Program-made: the position numbers and the translations under genes
Shown here: piece after piece, positions 26,827 to 38,200 of the stretch
Position numbering within the stretch: the stretch's first letter is position 1
Layout of the letters: each line of letters opens with the position of its first letter
The notes under the pieces: generated by a model
Told to the model about the DNA's origin: nothing
Databases searched by the model: none
What the model saw: only the letters and a program-made list of their open reading frames with translations
Assembly (NCBI GenBank): GCA_009936675.1
Contig: JAACDY010000172.1
Location: 1 to 40,192 of the forward strand
From: Bacteroidota bacterium
Lineage (GTDB): Bacteria; Bacteroidota; Bacteroidia; Flavobacteriales; Flavobacteriaceae
DNA length: 40,192 nt
Direction of reading: 5' to 3'

Positions 26827-27822
26827 ATGGAACTCACCTCAGAAGAGGTATCGAAAAGATTGGATCAAAAGGGATACTTGGATTTAGAGATTCCCGAAGG
26901 GCTCGATTTGGTTTCAGCTATCAAACAACTCAAAAAAGAAAAAAAGGCGGTTTTGCTGGCGCACTACTATCAAGAAGCCGAAATTCAAGAGTTGGCCGAC
27001 TATCTGGGCGACAGCCTATATCTGGCCCAAGCGGCAGAAAAGGTAGCGGCTGATATGATTGTTTTTGCTGGAGTTCACTTTATGGCCGAAACGGCTAAAA
27101 TCATCAATCCCACCAAAAAAGTTATTCTTCCAGATTTGAACGCAGGCTGTTCGCTGGCCGACTCATGCCCCCCTCATGATTTTAAGAAATTTATTGACCA
27201 ATACCCCGGTGCGCATGTAGTGACTTATATTAATTGCTCAGCAGAAATAAAAGCCTTGAGTAGCATTGTATGTACTTCGAGCAATGCCTTAAGGGTCATT
27301 GATTCCATCCCCGAAGGAGAGACCATTATTTTTGCTCCCGACAAAAACTTGGGACGTTATCTAATCAAGCAAACCGGAAGGGATATGATCCTATGGGATG
27401 GATCATGTATTGTACATGAAGCATTTTCCTTTGAAAGAATTGTAACTCTTGCCAAGGAAAACCCCACAGCCAAATTCATCGCCCATCCCGAAAGTGAATC
27501 TCAAGTGCTTGACATTGCTCATTATATCGGCTCAACTTCTGGCTTGTTAAACTTCGTGGAAAAAGATTCCGCACATAGCTTTATCGTGGCTACCGAAGCA
27601 GGAATTCTTCACGAAATGAAAAAACGCTGTCCCGAAAAAACCTTTATCCCTGCACCAGTGGAGGATGAAACTTGCGCTTGCAGTGAATGTGCCTTTATGA
27701 AACTCAATACACTGGAGAAATTATACCTGTGTTTGGAGCATGAGCAGCCCGAAGTAAAATTATCTGAAAGCCTTATAGAAAAAGCCAAACTTCCCATTAC
27801 CAGAATGTTAAAGCTCGGCTAA
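26827..27822 (+). CDS. nadA: Quinolinate synthase
   Basis: It reads LLAHYYQ...[14 protein letters not shown]...GCSLADSC...CTSSNA, with C-terminal Cys residues. ATG is at 26827. Confidence 0.92.
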   Translation: MELTSEEVSKRLDQKGYLDLEIPEGLDLVSAIKQLKKEKKAVLLAHYYQEAEIQELADYLGDSLYLAQAAEKVAADMIVFAGVHFMAETAKIINPTKKVILPDLNAGCSLADSCPPHDFKKFIDQYPGAHVVTYINCSAEIKALSSIVCTSSNALRVIDSIPEGETIIFAPDKNLGRYLIKQTGRDMILWDGSCIVHEAFSFERIVTLAKENPTAKFIAHPESESQVLDIAHYIGSTSGLLNFVEKDSAHSFIVATEAGILHEMKKRCPEKTFIPAPVEDETCACSECAFMKLNTLEKLYLCLEHEQPEVKLSESLIEKAKLPITRMLKLG

Positions 27823-27825
27823 AAT

Positions 27826-29382
27826 ATGGATACCAATATACTCGTCATAGGCAGTGGTATTTCCGGATTGACCTATGCCATCAAAATGGCAGAGCAGAAT
27901 CCTAGTCTCGAAATCGTTATGATTTCAAAAAACAGTCTCCTAGAAAGCAATACCCGATATGCCCAAGGAGGAATCGCAGTAGTCTCCAACTTTCAAAAGG
28001 ATTCTTTCGACAAACACGTTGAAGATACGATGATTGCCGGAGCAGGGGAATGTGACAAGGAGGTGGTTGAATTTGTCGTAAAAGAGGGGCATGAACGCCT
28101 CCAAGAATTGATCGATTGGGGGACTCACTTTGACAAACAAAAAAATGGTTTACACCTCACCCAAGAAGGGGGACATTCTGAAAAAAGAATTGTACACCAC
28201 AAAGACAAAACTGGACTTGAAATCCAGAAATCCCTGATCCGTAAAATCAAAACTTTTTCCAACATCTCTCTTTTGGAAAACCACACCCTCGTTGACCTGA
28301 TTACCGACCACCATAGTGGAAGCCATTATCAAAGATGTTACGGAGCCTATGTGATTTCCAATTTAGAACAAGAGATTATTAAAATTTCAGCTCAAATCAC
28401 CGTCCTCAGTACAGGAGGTGCCGGACAGCTTTTCTCTCATACGACCAATCCCGAAAATGCTACGGGAGATGGCTTGGGGGCCGCCTACAGGGCCAAAGTG
28501 TATATGGAGGGGCTGCCATTCGTTCAGTTTCACCCTACTGCACTTTATCCTAAAATCAACGGAAATACATTTTTGATTTCAGAGGCTGTTCGTGGAGAAG
28601 GAGCCATTCTTAAAACCGTTTCTGGTAAAAGATTCATGACCGAAAATCACCCTAAGGCCGAACTTGCTCCCCGAGATATCGTGGCTCGATCCATAGCAGA
28701 AGTGGTCAACGAAACTGGAGATGACTATGTTCTTTTGGATTGTCAAGCCGTCAGCGAAAAAGAATTCGAAAATCAATTCCCTACCATTAAAGAAAACTGT
28801 CAAAAAGTTGGAATCAATCCCCCAAAAGATTCCATTCCAGTGATCCCTGCCGCTCACTATTTTTGTGGAGGTGTCAGTGTGAATCACTATGGAGAAACAA
28901 GACTAAAAGGCTTGTACGCCATTGGAGAGTGTAGCCATACAGGCCTTCACGGTGCCAATCGTCTGGCTTCAAATTCACTGTTGGAATCCCTAGTGTTTTC
29001 TCATCGGGCGGCACTCAATTCTCTCGATCAAATGAAGGAAGATTTACCCCCAAAAGAATTCTACCTCCAGCTACCAGAATGGAAAGAGGAACACTATATC
29101 TCCAATGAAAAAATCAGTGCTATTGGTCGAATGAAAAAGCAATTACAAAACTTAATGACCGCTAAAGTGGGGATTTTTAAAACCTCATTAGGACTGACTG
29201 AGGCTGAAATGGAGTTAAAAAATATTTTCTCGGAAACCCAAGACATTTACCGACAAAATAAATTGACCTTGGGAATTTGTGAGTTGAGGAATATGGTCAG
29301 TGTGGCCTATTTGATGATCAAACAGTCCCAAGACTTAAAACATAACAAAGGAGTTTTTTACAATCAAGACTACGTTGAATAA
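27826..29382 (+). CDS. nadB: L-aspartate oxidase
   Basis: The FAD motif is VIGSGISGL, with RYAQGGIA, FVQFHPT and HGANRLASNSLLE also present. Length is 518 aa. Confidence 0.93.
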   Translation: MDTNILVIGSGISGLTYAIKMAEQNPSLEIVMISKNSLLESNTRYAQGGIAVVSNFQKDSFDKHVEDTMIAGAGECDKEVVEFVVKEGHERLQELIDWGTHFDKQKNGLHLTQEGGHSEKRIVHHKDKTGLEIQKSLIRKIKTFSNISLLENHTLVDLITDHHSGSHYQRCYGAYVISNLEQEIIKISAQITVLSTGGAGQLFSHTTNPENATGDGLGAAYRAKVYMEGLPFVQFHPTALYPKINGNTFLISEAVRGEGAILKTVSGKRFMTENHPKAELAPRDIVARSIAEVVNETGDDYVLLDCQAVSEKEFENQFPTIKENCQKVGINPPKDSIPVIPAAHYFCGGVSVNHYGETRLKGLYAIGECSHTGLHGANRLASNSLLESLVFSHRAALNSLDQMKEDLPPKEFYLQLPEWKEEHYISNEKISAIGRMKKQLQNLMTAKVGIFKTSLGLTEAEMELKNIFSETQDIYRQNKLTLGICELRNMVSVAYLMIKQSQDLKHNKGVFYNQDYVE

Positions 29383-30235
29383 TTTTTACAACACCTATAA
29401 AAACGCAATCGATCGCTTTATTGATCAAGCCCTTGAAGAAGACATTGAGGGGGGCGACCACAGTAGCGATGCCTGCTTTGATGATGGTTTAAAAAGAGAG
29501 GCTGTATTGAAGGTCAAGGACAATTGTATCATCGCCGGTATCACATTGGCGCAAAAGATTTTCCATCGACATGACCCGTCATTGAACCTAAGTCCACTGT
29601 GTAAGGAGGGGGAGAAGTTGGAACCCGGGGCAGTGGCCTTTCGGATCGAGGGGAAAGCCAAGTCCCTATTGTCCTCCGAACGATTGGTACTGAACTGCAT
29701 GCAGAGAATGAGTGGGATCGCTACCCTATCCCATCAACTCAGTCACAAGATAAGACACACCAAGTGTAAAATTCTAGACACCCGCAAGACCACACCAGGA
29801 TTCCGTTATCCCGAAAAATGGGCGGTTACCATAGGCGGTGGTTACAACCACCGGATGGGTTTGTTCGATGCCATTATGATCAAGGATAACCACATCGATT
29901 TTTGTGGTGGACTCCCCCAAGCCTTGGAAAAAACCAAAGCTTATTTAACAGAAAATAGTCTGGAAATACCTGTCATCGTAGAAGTAAGAAACGGATTTGA
30001 AATCGATCAGGTGATGAATTTTCCCTGGGTAAAAAGGATTCTACTGGACAATATGTCTCCCAAAATATTGATGGAACATGTCCAAAAGATCGATGGTGAA
30101 TTTGAGACAGAAGCCTCGGGAAATATAATTGCGGACAACTTAGTCTCCTATGCCGAAACAGGCGTGGATTATGTGTCCATGGGTGCCCTCACCTATGCCG
30201 CAATCCCTATTGATTTGAGTTTAAAAGCCGTATAA
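29375..30235 (+). CDS. nadC: Nicotinate-nucleotide diphosphorylase (carboxylating) / quinolinate phosphoribosyltransferase
   Basis: It reads [44 protein letters not shown] and LDNM. The start is TTG, overlapping nadB by 8 nt, because no in-frame ATG sits near the N-terminus. Confidence 0.88.
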   Translation: MNNFYNTYKNAIDRFIDQALEEDIEGGDHSSDACFDDGLKREAVLKVKDNCIIAGITLAQKIFHRHDPSLNLSPLCKEGEKLEPGAVAFRIEGKAKSLLSSERLVLNCMQRMSGIATLSHQLSHKIRHTKCKILDTRKTTPGFRYPEKWAVTIGGGYNHRMGLFDAIMIKDNHIDFCGGLPQALEKTKAYLTENSLEIPVIVEVRNGFEIDQVMNFPWVKRILLDNMSPKILMEHVQKIDGEFETEASGNIIADNLVSYAETGVDYVSMGALTYAAIPIDLSLKAV

Positions 30236-30245
30236 AGTTTCCCTC

Positions 30246-30262
30246 TATATTTGCTATATTTG
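30246..30262 (+). promoter_or_regulatory. Tandem duplicated -7 promoter boxes (TATATTTG x2) upstream of pyrH
   Basis: CTATATTTG-CTATATTTG forms a direct repeat. Both copies match TAnnTTTG, and the second ends 14 nt before the pyrH ATG. Confidence 0.35.
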
Positions 30263-30276
30263 TGGAATTCCAAGCT

Positions 30277-30984
30277 ATGAAATACAAAAGAATCCTTCTA
30301 AAATTGAGTGGTGAAGCACTGATGGGACATCAAAACCATGGGATCGATCCCGTGAGACTGAACGAGTATGCTACCGAAATCAAGGAAATCCAAAAAACAG
30401 GTACAGAAATCGCCATCGTCATTGGTGGAGGAAATATTTTCAGAGGTGTCTCGGGAGCCAGTAAGGGAATGGATAGAGTTCAGGCTGATTATATGGGAAT
30501 GCTTGCCACTGTAATTAATGGTTTGGCATTGCAAAGTGCATTGGAAAACAATGATGTTCCGACCAGACTTCAGACGGCCATCAAAATCGAGGCCATTGCA
30601 GAACCTTTCATCAAAAGAAGGGCCACCCGTCATCTAGAAAAAGGGAGGGTCGTTATTTTTGGTTCTGGGACCGGAAATCCCTATTTCACTACCGATTCTG
30701 CAGCAGTATTACGGGCCATAGAAATCAATGCCGATGTAATATTGAAAGGAACTAGAGTAGATGGCATCTACAATGAAGACCCCGAAAAAAATAAATCTGC
30801 TGTCAAGTTTGATAAACTGTCATTCGACGAGGTTTTAAAAAAGGGACTCAAAATTATGGATACTACTGCTTTTACATTGAGTCAAGAAAACAAACTACCC
30901 ATCATAGTCTTTGATATGAATACCAAAGGAAACCTCATCCGAATTATCAAAGGTGAAAATATAGGAACCCGAGTTGATCTTTAA
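30277..30984 (+). CDS. pyrH: UMP kinase
   Basis: It reads [25 protein letters not shown] and [16 protein letters not shown] 30277 is preferred over the track's GTG 30262, which lies inside the promoter boxes. Confidence 0.93.
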   Translation: MKYKRILLKLSGEALMGHQNHGIDPVRLNEYATEIKEIQKTGTEIAIVIGGGNIFRGVSGASKGMDRVQADYMGMLATVINGLALQSALENNDVPTRLQTAIKIEAIAEPFIKRRATRHLEKGRVVIFGSGTGNPYFTTDSAAVLRAIEINADVILKGTRVDGIYNEDPEKNKSAVKFDKLSFDEVLKKGLKIMDTTAFTLSQENKLPIIVFDMNTKGNLIRIIKGENIGTRVDL

Positions 30985-30996
30985 ATTGTTATCAAA

Positions 30997-31551
30997 ATGA
31001 ATGAAGAAATCATAATCATCACCGAAACAGCAAAAGAGAGCATGGATCTGTCTATCAAACATTTGGAAAAAGAATTGCTCAACATCAGAGCAGGAAAGGC
31101 GAATCCCATTATGTTAAACGCTGTCATGGTGGAATATTACGGAACTCCCACTCCCCTGAATCAAGTGGCCAACGTCAATACACCCGATGGAAGAACCCTG
31201 AGCATTCAACCTTGGGAAAAGGCGTTATTACCCGAGATTGAAAAAGGGATATTACAAGCCAATTTGGGCTTTAACCCAATGAACAATGGAGAATCTTTGA
31301 TCATCAGTATCCCTCCATTGACAGAAGAACGCAGAAGAGAATTGGTCAAATTGGCAAAAGCAGAGGCTGAAAACGCAAAAATCGCCATCAGAAACGTACG
31401 AAAAGATGCCAACAACGAAATCAAAAAAACCGATACATCCGAAGACCTCCAAAAAAACGCTGAAATAGACATTCAAGAATTAACGGATCAATACATCACC
31501 AAAGTAGACGAAATTCTTAACGTCAAGGAAAAAGAAATATTAACTGTATAG
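30997..31551 (+). CDS. frr: Ribosome recycling factor
   Basis: Typical Frr sequence is present (LLNIRAGKANPIMLNAVMVEYYGTPTPLNQVANV...PPLTEERRRELVK). Length is 184 aa. Confidence 0.95.
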   Translation: MNEEIIIITETAKESMDLSIKHLEKELLNIRAGKANPIMLNAVMVEYYGTPTPLNQVANVNTPDGRTLSIQPWEKALLPEIEKGILQANLGFNPMNNGESLIISIPPLTEERRRELVKLAKAEAENAKIAIRNVRKDANNEIKKTDTSEDLQKNAEIDIQELTDQYITKVDEILNVKEKEILTV

Positions 31552-31581
31552 TATGCCCAAGACTGGTGGTGGCTCTTGATA

Positions 31582-33966
31582 ATGAAGCGTAAAAATAATT
31601 TTTGGGGTACTGTTGCGAACTTAATTCTAAGAAATCGCTTTATCATCATTGGGGCCATAGTGGTGGTCACTCTCTTTTTAAGTTCACAGTGGCAATACAT
31701 GCGGTTTACTTTTACAGAAGCCAATTTACTGCCTAGCTCACATCCCGAAAACATCCAATATGATGCTTTTGTAGAAACCTTTGGTGAAGAAGGTAATTTG
31801 ATCGTTATCGCCCTCAAAGAAGAGCAATTTTTCGAACACAAAACCTTTGAAAAATGGATCACTCTCAACAAAAAAATTGATTCCTTTCCAGAAGTGGATT
31901 TTACCCTATCGACCAATAATGTTCAGGAATTGGTCAAGGATGAAAACCTAAAATCATTTGTACTCAAATCGGTTTTTGATGTTGAAAATTATGAGCTTTC
32001 TGATATTGAAAAATTCAAGCAAAAACTTCTATTAGAACTTCCATTCTACAAAAACATCCTTTACGACCCAGATGGTGAAACGATCCGATCTGCCATTTAT
32101 ATGGACAAAAAGATCGTCAACACAGTTCAACGGAAAAATTTTATTTTTAAAACTTTCATTCCCTTAATAAGCGCTTTTGAAAAGGATACCGGCTTGGATG
32201 TAAAAATTTCTGGTATGCCCTACATCAGAACTTTAAACGCCCAGAATATCGTTGACGAAATAGGAGTTTTTGTCCTTTCTGCCATGTTGCTTACCAGTCT
32301 AATCTTTTTTCTTTTTTTCAGATCTTTCAGAGCCACCTTTATCTCCATGTTTGTAGTGATGATTCGCGTGATGTGGGCCTTTGGGATTTTGGGATTGCTC
32401 CGTTACGAAATCACGGTACTGACAGCACTGATTCCCCCTTTGATTATCGTCATCGGAGTACCCAATTGTATTTTTCTGATCAACAAATACCAACAAGAAG
32501 TTGCCAAGCACGGAAACATGGTCAAATCCTTGCAAAGGGTAATTATGAAAATTGGCAATGCCACACTGATGACCAACCTGACCACTGCATCGGGATTCGC
32601 CACTTTTATTTTGACCGACAGTAAAATATTGAAAGAATTTGGAATCGTTGCCTCGATCAATATCATTGCCATTTTTCTCCTATCGCTGTTGATCATTCCC
32701 GTCGCCTACAGTTTTATGGCTCGACCCAGTAAAAAACATTTGGAACACCTGAACAGCCTTTACCTGAAAAAATTTGTAAAATGGATGGAGAATAGGGTCA
32801 GAAATAATAGAATCAATGTCTACATCATCTCCATCGCCGGTTTGGTAATGGGTATCATTGGAATTTACCAAATCAATATTTCGGGAAGTATCATTGAGGA
32901 CATGCCCAAAAAGTCTGAATTTTTTAAGGACATCCTTTTCTTCGATGCCGAGTTTAACGGTATCGTACCCATAGAAATAATTGTTGATAGCCGAAGGAAA
33001 GGGGGTGCCACAAGACTATCTACCCTCAAAAGGGTTGAAAAACTTGAACAATACATTGAAGACATTCCCGAACTCTCCTCTCCGATCTCATCGGTGAGTG
33101 GTGTCAAATTCATAAAACAAGCCTATTACAATGGCAATCCCAACTATTACCAACTCCCAACATCCCAAGAAAATTCTTTTATTGCCCACTACCTCAAAAA
33201 TGTAGAGGATTCCAAGGGCTTGATGCAAAATTATATTGACAGTACTGCTCAATTCAACAGGGTTACGACTTTTATGAAGGACATTCCCACCGAACGCATC
33301 GAAGAAATTGAAGAGGATCTGGTCAAAGAGATCGATAAAATTTTCCCTCCCGAACGCTATGAGGTCAATCTGACTGGAAAAACCCTGTTGTATCTTAAAG
33401 GCACTCATTATTTGATTCGAAATTTGATCATTTCACTTTCGTTGGCCATTTTACTGATTGCCATTTTTATGGCTTATATGTTTCGATCCTTCAAAATGAT
33501 TGTCATTTCATTAATTCCCAATTTATTGCCGCTGATCATAACCGCAGGTGTGATGGGGTTTTCGGGTATTCCCCTCAAACCCTCTACCATACTGGTTTTC
33601 AGTATTGCATTTGGAATTTCGGTGGATGATACCATTCATTTTTTGGCCAAATACAGACAGGAATTGATCGCCAATAAGTGGAAAATCAAAACCGCAGTAT
33701 ATATCGCTCTGAAGGAAACCGCAGTGAGTATGTTTTATACTTCGATTGTATTGTTCTTTGGATTTGCAGTATTTATGAGTTCAAATTTTGGTGGGACAGT
33801 CGCCTTGGGTGGATTGGTTTCGGTCACCCTGCTTTTTGCCATGCTGGCCAATTTGATTCTCCTACCCTCTTTGCTCATTTCATTGGAAGATAGCGTTAGC
33901 AACGAAAAGGTAATCAAAGCACCTAAAATTAATATTATTTCTGATGAGGACGGAAAAAAATCCTAA
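31582..33966 (+). CDS. MMPL/RND-superfamily transporter (two 6-TM SSD-like bundles)
   Basis: At about 795 aa it has two hydrophobic blocks, each preceded by a large soluble loop. It reads LILRNRFIIIGAIVVV...FTFTEANLLPSSHP...FGEEGNLIVI. ATG 31582 is preferred over TTG 31576. Confidence 0.8.
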   Translation: MKRKNNFWGTVANLILRNRFIIIGAIVVVTLFLSSQWQYMRFTFTEANLLPSSHPENIQYDAFVETFGEEGNLIVIALKEEQFFEHKTFEKWITLNKKIDSFPEVDFTLSTNNVQELVKDENLKSFVLKSVFDVENYELSDIEKFKQKLLLELPFYKNILYDPDGETIRSAIYMDKKIVNTVQRKNFIFKTFIPLISAFEKDTGLDVKISGMPYIRTLNAQNIVDEIGVFVLSAMLLTSLIFFLFFRSFRATFISMFVVMIRVMWAFGILGLLRYEITVLTALIPPLIIVIGVPNCIFLINKYQQEVAKHGNMVKSLQRVIMKIGNATLMTNLTTASGFATFILTDSKILKEFGIVASINIIAIFLLSLLIIPVAYSFMARPSKKHLEHLNSLYLKKFVKWMENRVRNNRINVYIISIAGLVMGIIGIYQINISGSIIEDMPKKSEFFKDILFFDAEFNGIVPIEIIVDSRRKGGATRLSTLKRVEKLEQYIEDIPELSSPISSVSGVKFIKQAYYNGNPNYYQLPTSQENSFIAHYLKNVEDSKGLMQNYIDSTAQFNRVTTFMKDIPTERIEEIEEDLVKEIDKIFPPERYEVNLTGKTLLYLKGTHYLIRNLIISLSLAILLIAIFMAYMFRSFKMIVISLIPNLLPLIITAGVMGFSGIPLKPSTILVFSIAFGISVDDTIHFLAKYRQELIANKWKIKTAVYIALKETAVSMFYTSIVLFFGFAVFMSSNFGGTVALGGLVSVTLLFAMLANLILLPSLLISLEDSVSNEKVIKAPKINIISDEDGKKS

Positions 33967-33986
33967 ACCTATTTTGTAAATAAGCC

Positions 33987-33994
33987 TATCTTTG
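33987..33994 (+). promoter_or_regulatory. Candidate -7 promoter box (TATCTTTG) upstream of asnS
   Basis: It matches TAnnTTTG about 13-19 nt upstream of the two candidate asnS ATGs. Confidence 0.3.
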
Positions 33995-34012
33995 CGCAGA
34001 AAATTGATGAGC

Positions 34013-35446
34013 ATGAAACACCTTCGATTAGCCGAATTATTGAGTCAACCCGAAAAATACGACACCGTAGTAGTCAGGGGTTGGGTAAGAACATTTCGAG
34101 CCAACCGATTCATTGCCCTCAATGATGGCTCCACGATTGAAAATCTCCAATGTGTTGTTGATTTTGAAAATACGGATGAGAGCTTGCTCAAAAAAATAAA
34201 TTCAGGGGCTGCCGTTGAGATTAAGGGTCAACTTGTAGAAAGTATGGGAAAGGGTCAATCGCTAGAGGTAATGGTCGAAACGATTAAAATCGTTGGAGAA
34301 GCCGATCCCGATCTCTATCCCATTCAACCCAAAAAACACAGTTTTGAATTTTTGAGAGAAAAAGCTCACCTAAGGGTGAGAACAGCAACCTTTAGTGCAG
34401 TGATGCGCATTCGCTCTGTACTGTCATTTGCCATTCATCAGTTTTTTCAAGACAAGGGCTTTTGCTATGTCCACACACCCATCATAACGGGTAGTGATGC
34501 TGAAGGCGCTGGAGAAATGTTCCGTGTATCGGTTTTAGATCCCCAAAAACCACCCATTGATGACGAGGGAGCGGTGGATTTCAAACAAGACTTTTTTGGA
34601 AAAGAAACCAACCTCACTGTATCTGGACAACTGGAAGCAGAAACCTATGCTCAAGGGCTGGGAAATGTCTATACTTTTGGCCCTACTTTTAGGGCTGAAA
34701 ATTCAAACACCTCCCGTCACTTGGCTGAGTTTTGGATGATTGAACCCGAAATGGCTTTCCACGATCTAGACGACAATATGGATTTGGCCGAAGAGTTCAT
34801 CAAGTATACCCTTGAATATGTTTTGGAAAAATGCGAAAAAGATTTGGCTTTTCTCGATCAACGTTTGGCCAACGAAGAAAAGACAAAACCTCAAAACCAA
34901 AGGAGTCCTATGGGCTTGATGGAAAAAATAAAGTTTGTTGTCCAAAACGAATTCAAGCGGGTTTCTTATACCGAAGCCATAGATATTCTCAAAAATTCAA
35001 AGCCCAACAAAAAGAAAAAATTCGACTATTTGATCGAAGAGTGGGGAACCGATTTGCAAAGTGAACACGAGCGTTATTTGGTTGAGAAACATTTCAATGC
35101 ACCCGTTATACTCTACGATTATCCCGCTAAAATTAAAGCCTTTTACATGCGGATGAATGAGGATCAAAAAACCGTTCGTGCGATGGACATCCTCTTCCCT
35201 GGTATTGGTGAAATCGTGGGTGGTTCTCAGAGAGAAGAGCGTCTGGAGGTTTTGGAAAAGAGAATTGAAGAATTGGGAATTGATGCCGAAGAACTTTGGT
35301 GGTACCTCGATTTAAGACGTTTTGGGAGCACACCTCACAGTGGATTTGGCTTAGGATTTGAACGTTTGGTACTTTTTGCCACTGGGATGTCCAACATCAG
35401 AGATGTGATTCCTTTTCCACGTACCCCTCAAAACGCCACATTTTAA
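34013..35446 (+). CDS. asnS: Asparagine--tRNA ligase
   Basis: It has an OB-fold N-terminus (VVVRGWVRTFR), class II motif 2 (FRAENSNTSRHLAEFWMIEPE) and motif 3 (GFGLGFERL). The start is either ATG 34007 or 34013. The track's TTG 33992 lies inside the promoter box. Confidence 0.93.
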   Translation: MKHLRLAELLSQPEKYDTVVVRGWVRTFRANRFIALNDGSTIENLQCVVDFENTDESLLKKINSGAAVEIKGQLVESMGKGQSLEVMVETIKIVGEADPDLYPIQPKKHSFEFLREKAHLRVRTATFSAVMRIRSVLSFAIHQFFQDKGFCYVHTPIITGSDAEGAGEMFRVSVLDPQKPPIDDEGAVDFKQDFFGKETNLTVSGQLEAETYAQGLGNVYTFGPTFRAENSNTSRHLAEFWMIEPEMAFHDLDDNMDLAEEFIKYTLEYVLEKCEKDLAFLDQRLANEEKTKPQNQRSPMGLMEKIKFVVQNEFKRVSYTEAIDILKNSKPNKKKKFDYLIEEWGTDLQSEHERYLVEKHFNAPVILYDYPAKIKAFYMRMNEDQKTVRAMDILFPGIGEIVGGSQREERLEVLEKRIEELGIDAEELWWYLDLRRFGSTPHSGFGLGFERLVLFATGMSNIRDVIPFPRTPQNATF

Positions 35447-35497
35447 TTCGTATAGCTCCCCTTACTTTTTTTATCTTTATGAAAGCTATTTCATAAT

Positions 35498-36952
35498 ATG
35501 TTAAAACAACAGCTCCAAATAAAGCTTTCTCAAAAACTGTCTCCTCAACAAATTCAGTTGATGAAGCTCATTCAATTGTCCACATTAGACTTGGAACAGC
35601 GAATTCAATCTGAAATTGGGGAAAATCCTGCCTTGGAAAAAGGGAAGGAAATGGATGAGAATGAAATGCAAGAATCCGACCCTTATGACGATTATCAGAA
35701 TGATCAAAAAATAGATACTGATGACATCGATATTGACGCTTATTTGAGCGACGATGAAATTCCTAACTACAGAATCCAATCCAACAATCAATCGGCCGAT
35801 GATGAAAACACTGAGATTCCCTTTTCTGGAGGAATTAGTTTTCACGAATATCTAGAAAGCCAGTTACAAAATTTGATCCTTACCGTCAAGGAACGACCCA
35901 TTGCAGAATTTCTTATAGGGAGTATTGACAATAGTGGCTATCTGAGAAGGTCTGAGGAAGATATCATTGATGATTTGGCCTTTACCCAAAACATCATTGT
36001 AGAAAAACAAGAACTGAAAAGGATTCTCAAAAAAATACAGTCGATGGATCCCCCAGGCGTAGGAGCCAGAACTCTTCAAGAGTGTCTTTCCATTCAGTTG
36101 AGCCGGAAAGAAAAAGACCGCCCAGAAGTGGAACTGACCCGTAAAATCATTGATACGGCCTTCGATGAATTTTCCAGAAAACATTACCAGAAATTACAAG
36201 ATCGATTCCATTTGACGGAAGACCAGTTACGTGGAGTTTTTGATGAAATCGCCAAGCTGAACCCCAAACCCGGTGGGGCACTCTCTGACAGCAATCAAAA
36301 CACTCATATCGTTCCAGATTTTATATTGACCATTGAAAACGGTACTTTAAAAGTTACACTCAACAGAAGAAATGCCCCTGAATTACGAATTTCCAAGAAT
36401 TACAAGGAGATGCTTTCTGGTTATGCTGAGGCAACTAATAAAAATAAATCACAACAAGAAGCAGTACTTTTTATCAAACAAAAATTAGATGCTGCCAAAT
36501 GGTTTATAGATGCTATAGAACAAAGACACCAAACCCTTTACCTAACCATTAACGCCATTGTAGATTACCAAAGCGCCTATTTTTTGACAGGAGATGAACA
36601 AAAGCTAAAACCCATGATTCTTAAGGATATAGCTGATAAAATTGATATGGATATTTCGACCATCTCTAGGGTGGCTAACAGTAAATATATAGACACGCCC
36701 TATGGGGTAAAACTATTAAAAAGTCTTTTTTCTGAGGGCATGAAAAATGATGAAGGAGAGGATGTTTCGACGATTGAAATCAAACATATTCTCGATAAAC
36801 TCATCTCCAACGAAAACAAAAAAAAGCCCTTGGCCGACCAAGCACTATCTGCAATGCTCAAAGAGAAAGGGTACAAGGTCGCACGAAGAACGGTTGCAAA
36901 ATACCGCGAACAAATGGACATTCCTGTCGCCCGACTCAGAAAATCAATCTGA
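35498..36952 (+). CDS. rpoN: RNA polymerase sigma-54 factor
   Basis: It has an N-terminal Gln/Leu-rich region, an acidic region, and the RpoN box ARRTVAKYREQMDIP. Length is 484 aa. Confidence 0.93.
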   Translation: MLKQQLQIKLSQKLSPQQIQLMKLIQLSTLDLEQRIQSEIGENPALEKGKEMDENEMQESDPYDDYQNDQKIDTDDIDIDAYLSDDEIPNYRIQSNNQSADDENTEIPFSGGISFHEYLESQLQNLILTVKERPIAEFLIGSIDNSGYLRRSEEDIIDDLAFTQNIIVEKQELKRILKKIQSMDPPGVGARTLQECLSIQLSRKEKDRPEVELTRKIIDTAFDEFSRKHYQKLQDRFHLTEDQLRGVFDEIAKLNPKPGGALSDSNQNTHIVPDFILTIENGTLKVTLNRRNAPELRISKNYKEMLSGYAEATNKNKSQQEAVLFIKQKLDAAKWFIDAIEQRHQTLYLTINAIVDYQSAYFLTGDEQKLKPMILKDIADKIDMDISTISRVANSKYIDTPYGVKLLKSLFSEGMKNDEGEDVSTIEIKHILDKLISNENKKKPLADQALSAMLKEKGYKVARRTVAKYREQMDIPVARLRKSI

Positions 36953-37615
36953 TCAAAGAATATAAAAAATCAAGCCCAATTTGATGGTTTGGAGATGAGG
37001 GTGACGATCTTCAGAAAACTTTACATCCGATTTGTAAATAGATTTCAAATCGTATTCAAAAAACAAATTCCAAGTGTTGTAACCCAAGGATAGAAAAACC
37101 GCTGCGTTGTTTTTTCTGATAAAATCACTTTGGATGGATTTTCCGTAAAAGGGTTTATAGTATTCGGCAAAATTTAAGATGTATTGTAGTCCCCCATAGA
37201 ACCGCCAAAAGTCAGTTCGATCAGGGGTGGATGTTCTAAAGCGGAGGGAAAGAGGAATAACAAGGGAGGAATAGGTTTGACGGTTTTCGTCATTGCCTTT
37301 GATAGAGAAGCTAGAATTTTCACCTTCTGAGTCCAAATAAAGATTGGAAATCAATCGATTGTAGGCATATCCGACGCCTAAACCTACTGCTGTTCGACCT
37401 TTGGCATTCAGGGGTATATCCCTTACAAAACCGAACTGGAAGTTGTTTGAAAAACCATTTTGTTTGAATCCATTGATGTTCTCTTGTTGAAGTTGTAATC
37501 CAAAACTCACGTAAAATTGATCTTCCCTGTATTTTGTAGACAAGCTGTCTTGTTGGGCCATTGCTTTACACCCCAACAATAAGATTCCTGCACAAAATAA
37601 ACGTCGAAGTGACAT
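36953..37615 (-). CDS. Outer-membrane beta-barrel (porin-family/PorT-like) protein
   Basis: A signal peptide is present, beta-strand residues alternate, and the C-terminus ends in aromatic residues (LGLIFYIL). Length is 220 aa. Confidence 0.65.
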   Translation of the reverse strand: MSLRRLFCAGILLLGCKAMAQQDSLSTKYREDQFYVSFGLQLQQENINGFKQNGFSNNFQFGFVRDIPLNAKGRTAVGLGVGYAYNRLISNLYLDSEGENSSFSIKGNDENRQTYSSLVIPLSLRFRTSTPDRTDFWRFYGGLQYILNFAEYYKPFYGKSIQSDFIRKNNAAVFLSLGYNTWNLFFEYDLKSIYKSDVKFSEDRHPHLQTIKLGLIFYIL

Positions 37616-37661
37616 TCTTCTATAATTTCACTGCTAAATTAATCTACTCAAACAATGGTAT

Positions 37662-37691
37662 AAAAAAAGTGCCACAAAGGGCACTTTTTTT
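37662..37691. terminator. Bidirectional intrinsic terminator
   Basis: AAAAAAAGTGCC-ACAAAG-GGCACTTTTTTT has a GC core stem flanked by complementary A7 and T7 runs. It lies 16 nt downstream of the exbD stop on the minus strand. Confidence 0.75.
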
Positions 37692-37706
37692 ATATACAAT
37701 AGAAAT

Positions 37707-38189
37707 TCAATCAATGTTTTGAGCGAAATCTCCTACACGAGTGGTGTAATTGATCTTCAAAGCGTTGACTTTTCTAAGTTCTTGTTTAATATCAGAAATC
37801 AGTCCCATTTTGGTATCACCATCCACTTTGAGCGCAGTGGTCAATACATTTTGCAATTCCTGACGTTTTGATGCGCGTTCTGACAGAACAAAAGCACCTA
37901 CCTCGGAAACGGTAGCAAATTTATCGTTGAGTTGAATACGGGCTTGTGTACCGTATTTATCAGCATAACGACTGGAAGGCTCTCCCGCATAGATGTACAT
38001 TACACGGTCTTTTTTGTCCAATTTCTGAATTTGATCCGCAGCTGGCAATTGATTTTTGACCATCAAAGTACTGTCACGCATCACCGTAGCAACCATAAAA
38101 AAGAACAGCAACATGAAAACGATATCGGGTAAAGACGCCGTTGAAATTGCGGGTAAATCTCCTCCTTTTTTCTTTTTAAATTTTGACAT
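37707..38189 (-). CDS. exbD: ExbD/TolR family biopolymer transport protein
   Basis: The N-terminal TM segment reads SLPDIVFMLLFFFMVAT and is followed by a periplasmic domain. Length is 160 aa. Confidence 0.88.
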   Translation of the reverse strand: MSKFKKKKGGDLPAISTASLPDIVFMLLFFFMVATVMRDSTLMVKNQLPAADQIQKLDKKDRVMYIYAGEPSSRYADKYGTQARIQLNDKFATVSEVGAFVLSERASKRQELQNVLTTALKVDGDTKMGLISDIKQELRKVNALKINYTTRVGDFAQNID

Positions 38190-38200
38190 TACTGTATTAT